A DNA stretch of 64,000 nucleotides from Coraliomargarita sp. (GCA_965216325.1 OZ244160.1:992001-1056000); one strand, 5' to 3'; counted from the first letter of the stretch, positions 50,743-60,918 are shown. Notes: generated by a model not told the origin, from the letters alone. Made by a program: numbers and translations.

Positions 50743-51474
50743 ATGTCTATTCAGCGTAAATATAAGGTCACCACATCCATCACTCAATATATGTGGGCCT
50801 CTTCACGTGAAGATGCACTAAAGTATCAGGAGGAACTCTTTCGCAAGGGGAAGCTTACAGTCCTTGAACATGGCCAAAGTGACGTAAAGTATTGCTTCAC
50901 TGGCGGTAAAGATTTCATCGAAGCCCCTGAAGACATCTCCAAAACACGTAATCCAGTAACGGACCCTCGCCGTGGAGACTGGTTGGAAATTGCCCATGGT
51001 GATGTCAAGGCATGTGCCTTGGTTCGTCGCCTGACACGCCGCAAAATATACTACTATGAGGCGCTGTCGCGCACCGAGCGTTCTGTTGACCGCGAACGCT
51101 GGCAGCATTGGACTTCTCAGCATACAGTACATCCGTCTTATGACGGGATTGTGCCTCCATTCATTGTCGACGAAGCAGTGCAGGCGCACGAAGACCGCGG
51201 CATGTTGAAGGGATTCAACGCAACCCCAGATTCATCACTCATTCTGGAGATTCTGGATAAGTATGGTTATGTCCCAGATGAATATGAGGTTGAGAATGGT
51301 TACTGGGCAGAACTTTACATCGATAAGGCCATTTCTGAGCAGATCCTAGCTAATCAGCAAGCTCCATCTGAGCGCACCGGCACTGATGGTGGTGATAGTG
51401 GCGAATTTGGCGACTTTTCTGTTGGCTTCTCTGAAGAGCTCCCAACCATTGATGACTTTGAGTCTCAATTTTAA
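50743..51474 (+). CDS. Hypothetical protein with acidic/Phe-rich C-terminal tail
   Basis: 243 aa ORF in operon context; ends DFSVGFSEELPTIDDFESQF. Confidence 0.8.
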   Translation: MSIQRKYKVTTSITQYMWASSREDALKYQEELFRKGKLTVLEHGQSDVKYCFTGGKDFIEAPEDISKTRNPVTDPRRGDWLEIAHGDVKACALVRRLTRRKIYYYEALSRTERSVDRERWQHWTSQHTVHPSYDGIVPPFIVDEAVQAHEDRGMLKGFNATPDSSLILEILDKYGYVPDEYEVENGYWAELYIDKAISEQILANQQAPSERTGTDGGDSGEFGDFSVGFSEELPTIDDFESQF

Positions 51475-51515
51475 TTCTTTGATCACTTCCTCATTTTAAT
51501 CTCGGACATACTCCT

Positions 51516-52436
51516 ATGGCTAGAAAGTTAGCATTTATTAATTACAAGGGTGGGGTTGGTAAGACCTCACTCATCGTCAATGTCTCCTCATGTCTTGCTA
51601 AAAAGGGCAAGCGTGTATTGCTGGTCGACTTGGATACGCAATCCAACTCCAGTATTTGGTTGATGCGCATTGAGCGCTGGAATCGCATTAACATGGAGAA
51701 GCGCGGCTCTGTTTATTCGATCTTCGATCCGGGCGAGGACCGAATGAAGGATATTATTGTTAAAGATGTCCTTCGAGACAATCAGGGAAATCCACAGCTA
51801 CCTGGCTTGGACCTACTTCCGACGACTTTCAACCTCATCGACATTGAGAATGAGTATAAGATCGATCCGCAGCGCCCTCACTACCTGATCTTCAATGAGC
51901 AGATTCGCGAAATAGAGCATAACTATGACTATATTCTCTACGATTGCCCGCCAAACGTGTTGAATGCGTCCCAGTGTGGCATCTTTAGCGCGGACGAACT
52001 CTATGTACCGTCTAACCCAGACGCATTGTCATTGATTGGCTTCACGCTGATGATTGAGAAGTTGTTACTCTTCTACCGTCGTTCAGCTGGGTTCCGTACC
52101 CCTGAGATGGGTAACTTTGCACGCGTAGCTGGTGTTATCTTCAATTCAATCAAGGCAAACGTAGACATTGGCGTGCCTAAGATGCGCATGCAACTCCGCC
52201 TCAACCAATTTAAGAAGCAGCGCCTAGTCTCTAATGAAGCCAAGATCTTCAATACTTGTGTCCGTGACGCAACGATTGTTCGCCGTGCGGTTACGCTAGG
52301 CTTGCCGGTTTGCTTGGTTGAAAGCCGTGATGTTGCCGATGGTGTCGGTCAGGACTACGATGATTTGGCAGAAGAGATCTTGGCACACAGTGTAGTGCCT
52401 GCAGGTACTGGCAATGTTGCTGCTAGCGCTTCTTAA
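51516..52436 (+). CDS. ParA/MinD family ATPase (orphan)
   Basis: Deviant Walker A KGGVGKT, LLVDLDTQSN, YDYILYDCPP. Confidence 0.92.
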   Translation: MARKLAFINYKGGVGKTSLIVNVSSCLAKKGKRVLLVDLDTQSNSSIWLMRIERWNRINMEKRGSVYSIFDPGEDRMKDIIVKDVLRDNQGNPQLPGLDLLPTTFNLIDIENEYKIDPQRPHYLIFNEQIREIEHNYDYILYDCPPNVLNASQCGIFSADELYVPSNPDALSLIGFTLMIEKLLLFYRRSAGFRTPEMGNFARVAGVIFNSIKANVDIGVPKMRMQLRLNQFKKQRLVSNEAKIFNTCVRDATIVRRAVTLGLPVCLVESRDVADGVGQDYDDLAEEILAHSVVPAGTGNVAASAS

Positions 52437-52456
52437 TCCTATTTTTTCATCAAGCT

Positions 52457-53485
52457 ATGAGCGAAGACGGTTCCAACAATAACATACTTAGCCCGCAAGA
52501 GAAACTCTCTGCTCGCTGGGATAAGGTTGCTTTCCGTGCACAAGGTTCTCCATTTGAAGACCTCAGTATCGCTTGCTTAGCTAAAAATTCCGGTACGCGT
52601 GCTTGGTCTCGTCCCGGTGGCAAAATCAAGGGGGATACACTTGCGCGTTATGTTTATCTAAGTTTCGAGGAACTCATAGAAATTGAGAAGCTGGATTTAC
52701 GCGCAGCTACACTCCTACTGGAAATCTGCGAGGCCACCTTGTTGTTTGAGGAGGAGTGTGACGATCTGGGCTCTTTTGAAGAGATTGACAATCAAGCACA
52801 TGCCCAACGAATGCGCTTCGTGGAGGAGTTCGGGCTGTATCAAGACTATCCCGTGCGACTGGCAAATCTATCCTCGGATTTGCGCGATCTTTGCGAAGCG
52901 GAAGGAATTAAGAGCTTTATCGATTTAATGGAGTTTCTGGATCGATTGAGTGACCAAGCTTGGATTGGTGGTGATTACAAGTGTCTTCAGAATGTTTTTG
53001 CGCACGGAGACGAGCGTGGCCTGACTCAATATTTTCCGTATCGTAGTGGACATCGTGGATTTCATCTCCCTGAGGCCGTATCATTTTGCTTAAATCGTTT
53101 ATCTCGTCGCGAACTTCAATCCGTTTATGAATACCACGAGCGTCGCAAGCGTCGGGAGCGTCTGTTTGCGAAAACCCGTGAATTGCCCTCAGTGGTAGAG
53201 GATAAGCTCCTTCCGGAAGTTCTGGAGTGTTTATATTACTTTGGCCGTCGACAACCGCGCCTACTGATTCGTCTACATGACTCGGTCTTTTTATGTCGAG
53301 AGTTGATGCATCTTAACGACCCTCAATCAGAAGATGTATTACAGTGGCTATTACATCTGGCCTTAGGCATCTTCCGTCCAAGTGCTGACTCTCAGATCAG
53401 TGAGGACCTGAAAAAGATTACCAAGCCGATGGATGCTGATATCTGCAATGATTTGCGTAAGCTTGTTAATGAAGCAGACGCTTAA
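52457..53485 (+). CDS. Hypothetical helical protein with RNAP alpha-CTD/HhH-like segments
   Basis: SFEELIEIEKLDLRAATLLLEI and LANLSSDLRDLCEAEGIKSFIDL resemble alpha-CTD patterns (tentative). Confidence 0.7.
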   Translation: MSEDGSNNNILSPQEKLSARWDKVAFRAQGSPFEDLSIACLAKNSGTRAWSRPGGKIKGDTLARYVYLSFEELIEIEKLDLRAATLLLEICEATLLFEEECDDLGSFEEIDNQAHAQRMRFVEEFGLYQDYPVRLANLSSDLRDLCEAEGIKSFIDLMEFLDRLSDQAWIGGDYKCLQNVFAHGDERGLTQYFPYRSGHRGFHLPEAVSFCLNRLSRRELQSVYEYHERRKRRERLFAKTRELPSVVEDKLLPEVLECLYYFGRRQPRLLIRLHDSVFLCRELMHLNDPQSEDVLQWLLHLALGIFRPSADSQISEDLKKITKPMDADICNDLRKLVNEADA

Positions 53486-53497
53486 GGTTAAAGGGAC

Positions 53498-54793
53498 TTA
53501 GTGGTTCTCTGTAGTTAAGATATACGGTTGCACTGAGCTCATTAGGCGTTCAGGCACTGAACCAACGATGTAGGTGCCCTCATCTCGAGCTTCTTCTTTT
53601 CGCACGCCGCCTTCACGGTGCATACGTGCGACCAAATCGTAGCGATCGTGGGGGATGAGCATTCTAAGCTGTGCATAGTCGGCTTCAATGATTGCCTCCA
53701 TTTTGTCGAGTAGGGCATCTACGCCTTCTCCGGTATGGGCACTGATGAAGAATGCGTCCGGATACTTAATACTCAACTCCTGGCGGGTGTTCTCATCCCA
53801 TAGCGAATCAATCTTGTTGAAGACTGTGATGATCTGCTTTTCTTCGGCTCCCAGTTCATTTAGTACAGTAAGCGTCGTCTCTGCATGCGCTTCAACTTCA
53901 GGGCTATTCACATCGAGCACGTGTATTAAAAAGTTGGATACCACCGCTTCTTCGAGCGTCGCCTTGAAGGCATCGACGAGGCGGTGAGGGAGGTTTCGCA
54001 CAAAGCCTACCGTATCGGTGATCACCAATGGTTGGCCACTTGGAAGCGGACAGCGCCGCGAAGTCGGGTCGAGTGTGGCGAAGAGTTTGTCCTCGGCTAA
54101 AATCTCGGAATTTGTCAGCTTGTTGAGTAAGGAAGACTTGCCGGCATTGGTGTAACCGACGATTGCACAGGTCGGCACTGGTACGGTCATACGCTTTTTG
54201 CGCTGCAAGTGGCGGTGTTTAATCACTGTTTCCAGCTCACGCTTTACTCGAGAGATTTGGGTGCGGACCATTCGTTGGTCGAGCTCCAGCTGAGTTTCGC
54301 CGGCATCACGTTGCATCGCGCCACCACCACGCTGACGGCTTAGGTGGGTCCACGCACTTTTCAGACGCGGGAGGTTGTATTCAAGCCGTGCCAGTTCGAC
54401 TTGAAGCACGGCCTCTTTGGTCTGTGCGCGTTTACCGAAGATATCTAAGATCACTTCCTGGCGATCGATCACAAGAATCTTGTCTTTAGCGGCTTGCTCC
54501 CAGTTGCGCTGCTGCGCCGGTGTGAGCTCATTGTCGAAAACAATCACGTCACAATTGTGTGCCTTAGCCTCTGCGACGAGCTCTTCAGCTTTACCCGAGC
54601 CAACAAGGAATTTTGCTTGTGGCTTACGGATTGGGATGTGGCGGACGTGCTCAATGCTAATACCCAATGTGGTGACGAGTTCACGCAGTTCATCGAGTAA
54701 GCTGAGCGTATCACTGGTCTCTTGGTCGGGGAGCGTAATGCCAATGAGCATGGCCCGTTCGACCATTCTGGGTTTTTCTTTAACGTCGTGCAC
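53498..54793 (-). CDS. hflX: Ribosome-splitting GTPase HflX
   Basis: LTPAQQRN, ILDIF, GETQLELD, VGYTNAGKSSL, LFATLDPT, DTVGF, NKID; GTG 54793 is the probable start. Confidence 0.97.
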   Translation of the reverse strand: MHDVKEKPRMVERAMLIGITLPDQETSDTLSLLDELRELVTTLGISIEHVRHIPIRKPQAKFLVGSGKAEELVAEAKAHNCDVIVFDNELTPAQQRNWEQAAKDKILVIDRQEVILDIFGKRAQTKEAVLQVELARLEYNLPRLKSAWTHLSRQRGGGAMQRDAGETQLELDQRMVRTQISRVKRELETVIKHRHLQRKKRMTVPVPTCAIVGYTNAGKSSLLNKLTNSEILAEDKLFATLDPTSRRCPLPSGQPLVITDTVGFVRNLPHRLVDAFKATLEEAVVSNFLIHVLDVNSPEVEAHAETTLTVLNELGAEEKQIITVFNKIDSLWDENTRQELSIKYPDAFFISAHTGEGVDALLDKMEAIIEADYAQLRMLIPHDRYDLVARMHREGGVRKEEARDEGTYIVGSVPERLMSSVQPYILTTENH

Positions 54794-54910
54794 TGAGTTC
54801 TTGGATTTTGGAAAACGCGACAAAGTAGCGACTTCAGTAGGAAAACCAACCCTGAATTTACAGGCTATTTTTGCATCGCGCCAGCTCTGCATTTTGCTTG
54901 CATCGGAGGT

Positions 54911-55594
54911 ATGCTTACTGCCCGTGAACTGTTTGATTTTCCTGAGTCTCTTCCTTTTAGCGCTTATTTTCCAGCAGATGCGGCTCCATGGGAGTGGGTC
55001 TCCGCCATCAAGGCTGCATTGGCCGACTTTTCATTTCCGGAAATACGCTCCGATATCCCTGCTGGGCTTCACGTGGAAGGGAAGGTATATATCCACCCGT
55101 CGGTGAAGTTGCCTGCATTTGGCTCAATCCAGGGGCCTGCTTACATCGCTGAGGGCTGTGAATTGCGTCCTGGAGTGTATATTCGCGGCAATGTCATCAG
55201 TGGAGCTGGATCTGTATTAGGTAATTCCTGTGAGTTTAAAAACTGTCTGTTGCTAGAGGGGGTTCAAGTTCCGCATTTCAGCTACGTGGGGGACAGTATT
55301 CTCGGCAACCGAGCGCACCTTGGCGCGGGAGTGATCTGCTCTAACCTTCGCTTGGACCAGGCTCAAGTGCAGGCAAAACTTAAAGACGGATCGATGATCC
55401 CAACGGGCCTGCGCAAGCTTGGGGCGATCCTTGGTGATCATGCGGAAGTCGGGTGCAACTCGGTGCTCAATCCGGGATCTATCTTGGGGCGAAGGGCACT
55501 TGTCATGCCATCAATGGCATTTAGGGGGACTTTGCCCGAAAATATGATGGCAATGGAGCGGTCAAAAGTCGCAGTCGTTCAGCGTAGTGACTGA
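54911..55594 (+). CDS. Hexapeptide-repeat (LbH) acyltransferase, GlmU C-terminal-like
   Basis: IQGPAYI, YIRGNV, PHFSYVGDSILG, HLGAGVI, GCNSVLNPGS. Confidence 0.85.
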   Translation: MLTARELFDFPESLPFSAYFPADAAPWEWVSAIKAALADFSFPEIRSDIPAGLHVEGKVYIHPSVKLPAFGSIQGPAYIAEGCELRPGVYIRGNVISGAGSVLGNSCEFKNCLLLEGVQVPHFSYVGDSILGNRAHLGAGVICSNLRLDQAQVQAKLKDGSMIPTGLRKLGAILGDHAEVGCNSVLNPGSILGRRALVMPSMAFRGTLPENMMAMERSKVAVVQRSD

Positions 55595-55675
55595 TTGCTG
55601 CAAGTTTATTCTAATTGTAGAAAAAATCAAATTAAGCTTAACTTATAGGCTGTTTTGCGCTATGACAGATTGCTT

Positions 55676-56911
55676 ATGGGAAATACTTCACAGATTCCGT
55701 CAGACCACGCCTCAGTCCGGAGTACTGAGGCTGGAAATGATTCAGTCTTGGTCATTAACTGCGGTAGTTCGTCCGTTAAGTTTGCACTGATCGACAAAGC
55801 CAGCTCTGAACCTTTGCTAACCGGTCTCGTTGAGTGCTTAGATAGTCCGGATGCTGAATTGAGTTGGAAGCAAAATGGCCAGAGGGCAGTAAAGAAGCTC
55901 CCGGGGGCCGATTTAGTCGCTGGGCTAGGGGAAGTAATCGCCATTTTACCAAAGAATTCGAAGGTCGTCGCAGTTGGCCACCGAGTAGTGCATGGGGCGG
56001 AGGAATTTTCCGGTAGTGTGCTCGTCTGCGAATCCGTTTTGGCTGCACTCGAAAAGTGCTCTGCCTTGGCCCCGTTACACAATCCTGCGAATATCGCGGG
56101 GATACGTGCTGCACAGAAAGTCTTCCCTGAAATTCCTCAAGTTGCGGTTTTTGACACGGCGTTTCACCAGACTCTGCCTAAGCATGCTTACCTGTATGCT
56201 GTGCCATACGAGTGGTATACGGAACATGGTGTGCGTCGCTACGGCTTCCATGGCACTAGTCATCGATATGTTGCTGGCGAGGCTGCTCGGCGATTGGATA
56301 AAGATTTAGGAGACCTGAGCGTGGTGATCGCACACCTAGGCAATGGCTGCAGCGCCTGTGCTGTCGAGGCAGGCAACAGTGTGGATACTACGATGGGGAT
56401 GTCCCCGCTCGAAGGTCTCGTAATGGGCACTCGCAGCGGTGACTTGGATCCCACGATCATCGAGTTTATCTCCACCAATCTCGGTTGGCCCCTGGGGAAA
56501 GTGATGACTGCACTGAATAAGCAGAGTGGTTTACTGGGGCTTTCTGGTGAGAGTAATGATATGCGCACACTAGTTGAAGCGATGGAGCAGGGCAACGAAC
56601 GAGCAGCGTTGTCAATTGAGGTCTTTGCATATCGCTTGGCAAAATCGATTATGAGTTTGACCGCAGCGCTCAGTAAGCTCGACGCAATTGTCTTCACTGG
56701 CGGAATCGGAGAAAACTCACACAAGGTCAGAGCCAAGACCCTTTCCTATCTACGTGTTCTGAACATTGAGGTGGATGAAGCCCTGAACGCAAACAACGGA
56801 GATACCGAGACAGGTTGCATCAGCACCGCAACTAGCATACCCTGTTTGGTCGTTCCGACCAATGAAGAGCTGATGATTGCTCGCGAAACTTTAAGCATCA
56901 CACAGTCATGA
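55676..56911 (+). CDS. ackA: Acetate kinase
   Basis: VINCGSSSVKF, GHRVVHG, APLHNP, FDTAFH, RYGFHGTSH, HLGNG, GTRSGD, FTGGIGEN, PTNEE. Confidence 0.97.
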   Translation: MGNTSQIPSDHASVRSTEAGNDSVLVINCGSSSVKFALIDKASSEPLLTGLVECLDSPDAELSWKQNGQRAVKKLPGADLVAGLGEVIAILPKNSKVVAVGHRVVHGAEEFSGSVLVCESVLAALEKCSALAPLHNPANIAGIRAAQKVFPEIPQVAVFDTAFHQTLPKHAYLYAVPYEWYTEHGVRRYGFHGTSHRYVAGEAARRLDKDLGDLSVVIAHLGNGCSACAVEAGNSVDTTMGMSPLEGLVMGTRSGDLDPTIIEFISTNLGWPLGKVMTALNKQSGLLGLSGESNDMRTLVEAMEQGNERAALSIEVFAYRLAKSIMSLTAALSKLDAIVFTGGIGENSHKVRAKTLSYLRVLNIEVDEALNANNGDTETGCISTATSIPCLVVPTNEELMIARETLSITQS

Positions 56912-59079
56912 AACATGTTTTCTTCCTTGCTGCCTCAGGTGTCGAAAGTGGCCTGACCTCCATTTCATTGGGCGTCTTCAGAGCGCTGGACCGCCGTGGT
57001 ATTCGGGTTGGCTTTTGTAAGCCGATCAGTCAGGGTGTTATCGCCGAGGGCGAGACAGACCCATCCATAAGTTTGGTTTCGAGCACGACTGGTTTTAGGC
57101 CGGTTGAGCCGATGTCTATGGAAGAGGCCGAGCGTTATGTCCGCAACGACCAGATGGATGACTTAATGGAGCAAGTGGTCGAGCGCGTCCGGGCCCACGC
57201 CGATGAAGTCGATGTCATGGTCGTCGAAGGTCTTCTGCCAACCGAGAGTCAGTCGTTTCCTAATCGGATCAATCGTTCGGTCGTAACAGCACTCAGTGCG
57301 GAGGTTATTTTGGTCAATGCTGCCAAGAGCAAGTCGATGGATGAGCTCAAGGAGAGTATCGAAATCGCAGCTTCGTTGTATGGCGGACTTCAGAATTCAA
57401 ATGTCATCGGCTGTATTCTCAATAAAGTTCAATTCGCGGGACAGGACACCGCAGATGTCAATGTGCCGGTGCAAGGCAGCAGCAAGCGGAACGAGGTTGC
57501 GCGCAAGGAAATGTCGCATGCTGAGCTCAAGGCCTATCGCGATAAAGTTCAGGCAGAGTGCGCACTCTTCAGGGATGGCAGTTTCGAGTTGATTGGCTGC
57601 GTGCCATGGAATCCGAATCTGCCGTCATACCGTGTGCGCGACGTCGCCCGACACCTGAATGCAGATATTATTAATGCGGGGGACATCGATGGACGCCGCG
57701 TGAAATCGGTTTGTCTCTGTGCACGAAACCTGTCGCGAATTCTTCATGTCTTTGAAGCTGGACGCCTATTGGTTGCGCCGAGTGATCGCATCGATATCCT
57801 GATGACTGCTTCTCTCAGCACGATGGATAAGATTCCGCTAGCAGGTATTGTGTTGACTGGTGGCGTTGAACTCAGTGACGCAGTTATGGACTTGTGTCGT
57901 CCTGCGTTTAAACTGGGACTCCCTGTCCTGAGCGTTCATTCAGATAGCTTTGATACGGCGACAAAGCTCTCACAAATGAGCAACTACATCCCAGGAGATG
58001 ATATTGAACGATTCAATACCACCTTGGATTTTGTAGCGCGTTATTTGCATACAGATAAGTTGCAGCGCCGCGTCGAAAGTGAGCTGGAGATCCGGATGTC
58101 TCCAGCGGCGTTCCGCCACCAGTTGACAAAACGTGCACGTGCCGCGAATAAGCGTATTATTCTACCTGAAGGCGATGAGCCTCGCACCGTCGTAGCCGCA
58201 GCAGCGTGCCAGCAACGTGGCCTTGCACAATGTGTGTTGATCGGCAACCCCGAGGAGGTTCAACACGTCGCGGAGCGTCAAAGCGTCGATTTGACTGGGG
58301 TCGAGATTATTGACCCAGAGCTTGTGCGCGAAAAGTATGTGCCGACACTGATGGAGATGCGTAAGCATAAAAATCTGTCAGAGAAGGAGGCCCGAGAGGC
58401 ACTTGAGGATACCGTGATGCTTGGAACGATTATGCTAGCTCTTGATGAGGTAGACGGGCTCGTATCTGGGGCGGTTCATTCTTCAGCTAATACAATACGC
58501 CCTGCACTTCAATTGATCAAGACCAGCCCCGGGGCAAAGGTGGTTTCGTCGGTATTCTTTATGTGCTTGCCTGATCAGGTGTTAGTATATGGCGACTGTG
58601 CGGTGAATCCGGATCCAAATGCAGAGAATTTGGCCGATATCGCCTTACAGAGCGCCGAGTCCGCCAAGAATTTCGGCATTCCGCCACGCGTTGCGCTGAT
58701 CAGTTACAGCACTGGTCAGTCGGGTTCTGGCGCAGATGTGGAGAAGGTCCGTGCAGCGACGACACTCGCGAAAGACGCACGACCGGATCTCCTTATCGAT
58801 GGTCCACTTCAATACGATGCAGCAGCAGTGAGTGATGTGGCGGAAAAAAAGGCTCCTGATAGCAAAGTCGCAGGGCAAGCTACCGTATTTGTATTCCCGG
58901 ACCTGAACACCGGCAATACCACCTACAAGGCAGTTCAACGTGCGGCGAATGTAATCAGTATTGGACCGATGCTTCAAGGTCTCCGTAAGCCAGTGAATGA
59001 CCTGTCTCGAGGTGCCTTGGTCGACGACATCGTTTATACGATCGCTATCACTGCCATTCAGGCTGACAGCGAGTCATAG
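56908..59079 (+). CDS. pta: Phosphate acetyltransferase (long form with P-loop/DRTGG N-terminus)
   Basis: IILPEGDEPR, DGLVSGA, YGDCAVNPDP, DGPLQYDAA, FPDLNTGN, GPMLQGLRKPVNDLSRG. Confidence 0.97.
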   Translation: MKHVFFLAASGVESGLTSISLGVFRALDRRGIRVGFCKPISQGVIAEGETDPSISLVSSTTGFRPVEPMSMEEAERYVRNDQMDDLMEQVVERVRAHADEVDVMVVEGLLPTESQSFPNRINRSVVTALSAEVILVNAAKSKSMDELKESIEIAASLYGGLQNSNVIGCILNKVQFAGQDTADVNVPVQGSSKRNEVARKEMSHAELKAYRDKVQAECALFRDGSFELIGCVPWNPNLPSYRVRDVARHLNADIINAGDIDGRRVKSVCLCARNLSRILHVFEAGRLLVAPSDRIDILMTASLSTMDKIPLAGIVLTGGVELSDAVMDLCRPAFKLGLPVLSVHSDSFDTATKLSQMSNYIPGDDIERFNTTLDFVARYLHTDKLQRRVESELEIRMSPAAFRHQLTKRARAANKRIILPEGDEPRTVVAAAACQQRGLAQCVLIGNPEEVQHVAERQSVDLTGVEIIDPELVREKYVPTLMEMRKHKNLSEKEAREALEDTVMLGTIMLALDEVDGLVSGAVHSSANTIRPALQLIKTSPGAKVVSSVFFMCLPDQVLVYGDCAVNPDPNAENLADIALQSAESAKNFGIPPRVALISYSTGQSGSGADVEKVRAATTLAKDARPDLLIDGPLQYDAAAVSDVAEKKAPDSKVAGQATVFVFPDLNTGNTTYKAVQRAANVISIGPMLQGLRKPVNDLSRGALVDDIVYTIAITAIQADSES

Positions 59080-59189
59080 GATACTCCAAGCGACAGCGAA
59101 TTACTCTGCTTACATATCAGAATAATTCGTTGTAACGTTTGATAATTGATCAGCCTGACGTTTGCTTAGTGGTTCAACCATTAAGTATT

Positions 59190-59876
59190 ATGCAACTCAG
59201 ATCTATTCTTATTACCTGCGCGCTTGCCTGTTCAGTTCCTTTTACCAGCACACATGCTGGCCTGTTTGGACCAAAGGGAGACGATATCGAGGAGAAGCGC
59301 GCATATATCCGCGAGCAGGGCCAAGAGATGCTTGGTGATCTTTATGATGCGCACCCCGAACTGAAAGATTCACTCAAAGACGCGGTTGGCTACGCGACTT
59401 TCCGCCAAAGCGATGTCAATTTGCTGCTGGTAGCCTCTGGGTTTGGCTATGGTGTCTTGCACGACAATCGCACCGATGAAGACATCTATATGCGTGTTGC
59501 TAGTCTGGGTGGTGGCTTTGGAGCTGGCGTGAAAGACATGCGAGTCGTCTTCGTATTCAACGATGAAGCTGTAATGGACAGCTTCATCGATAAGGGCTGG
59601 CAGTTTGGGGGCAAAGCCGATGCCTCTGCCAAGTATGAGGATACCGGGGCCGCTGCTGAAGGGAATGCGCGTGCAAATGTTGACCTCGAGAAAGGGGCTG
59701 TGACTGGTGCAACTTCCAGCGATGCACGTGCTGGAACAGACAAAGCGGATGGCAAGGCTGCCGGTAGTGGTTTGGGGAATGCGATGCAAATTTATCAATT
59801 CACCGAAAGTGGTGTCTCACTTCAAGCGACTATTGCTGGAACTAAATACTGGAAGAGTGACAAGCTAAATTACTAA
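59190..59876 (+). CDS. Secreted Ysc84/SYLF-like lipid-binding domain protein
   Basis: Signal peptide; AVGYATF, GFGYGV, GGGFGAG, VVFVF, GWQFGGKADA, LQATIAGTKY. Confidence 0.7.
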   Translation: MQLRSILITCALACSVPFTSTHAGLFGPKGDDIEEKRAYIREQGQEMLGDLYDAHPELKDSLKDAVGYATFRQSDVNLLLVASGFGYGVLHDNRTDEDIYMRVASLGGGFGAGVKDMRVVFVFNDEAVMDSFIDKGWQFGGKADASAKYEDTGAAAEGNARANVDLEKGAVTGATSSDARAGTDKADGKAAGSGLGNAMQIYQFTESGVSLQATIAGTKYWKSDKLNY

Positions 59877-59898
59877 CCCAACGCCCCCAACTGAAGCC

Positions 59899-60915
59899 AT
59901 GAAACTACACACACTTTTGATGTCGGCATGTCTTAGCGCTGCCGTGCTAGCAACTCCTGCCTCTGCGAATCAAGTTGATGCAGGCAGCTATGATGACGAT
60001 CTTCGTGAGATGCTCGAAGTGCTACGTTCAGACCTTAATTCACACAAGGTTGAGGTGATCAACGCGGCGCTGAAGCTGAGTGACGAGGAAGCAGAAATCT
60101 TCTGGCCGATCTATAAGGCTTACGAGGTTGAACTCGCGGAACTAGTGGAGGATAAGCTTCGTCTAATCGGTGATTATTATCAGCTTTACTACGCGGATGC
60201 CAAACACGACGACAGTTGGGATGCTGTTGCAGATCGTTCCATTCGTGGCCGGCAGAATCGCTTAGCACTGTGGCAGGAGTATCATGGTAAAATTAGTGCT
60301 GCGCTCTCACCATATCGCGCGGCTCAGTTCCTCCAACTCGAAGGCCAAATTGCATTGCTGGTCGATCTCAGCATTGCATCAGAGCTTCCAAATATTGGCG
60401 CGCCTGAAACCACCGCATCTCTCGTTCCAACAAAGATTGAAGCAGTTAAGGTGAAGATGAGTGCCACAGTCGATGGAATCGATCACGATAACCGAGTTCT
60501 TGTGTTGCGTGGTGATCATGACAAGTTGACTACCCTGAACGTTCACGACGATGTAGAACGCTTTGATGAGATCGAACTTGGTGACCTGGTCAGCGTTGAA
60601 TACCAAATTGCAGTCGTTGCTGAACTGCGTGCACCAACAGTTACTGAAATCGAAGAGCCCTTAGTGATTTTGGCGGGAGGCGCTAAGACTGATGAAACTG
60701 CTGCTCCGACTGCAGGTGTCGGTCGTGTCATACGTGCGGTCTGTACGATTGAAGGCTTAGACCGCCAATCTCAGATGGTCAGTTTGAAGGGACCAATGGG
60801 GAAGTATTTCAGCGTAAAGGCTTCTGACCCGAAGCGCCTGACACAAGTCTCAATTGGTGATACAGTAGTCATCACCTACTGTGAGGCACTTGCAATAGGA
60901 ATTGAGAAGTTGTAG
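59899..60915 (+). CDS. Secreted hypothetical protein: helical N-domain + two small beta-barrel repeats
   Basis: Signal peptide; LKLSDEEAEIFWPIYKAY; repeats ATVDGIDHDNRVLVLRG...LGDLVSVEY and CTIEGLDRQSQMVSLKG...IGDTVVITY. Confidence 0.8.
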   Translation: MKLHTLLMSACLSAAVLATPASANQVDAGSYDDDLREMLEVLRSDLNSHKVEVINAALKLSDEEAEIFWPIYKAYEVELAELVEDKLRLIGDYYQLYYADAKHDDSWDAVADRSIRGRQNRLALWQEYHGKISAALSPYRAAQFLQLEGQIALLVDLSIASELPNIGAPETTASLVPTKIEAVKVKMSATVDGIDHDNRVLVLRGDHDKLTTLNVHDDVERFDEIELGDLVSVEYQIAVVAELRAPTVTEIEEPLVILAGGAKTDETAAPTAGVGRVIRAVCTIEGLDRQSQMVSLKGPMGKYFSVKASDPKRLTQVSIGDTVVITYCEALAIGIEKL

Positions 60916-60918
60916 CAT

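Noticed and set aside
51516..52436. ParA as a marker of an integrated plasmid, prophage or ICE
   Set aside because: No integrase, replication, transfer or phage genes, and no tRNA or att-like direct repeats were seen at the flanks.
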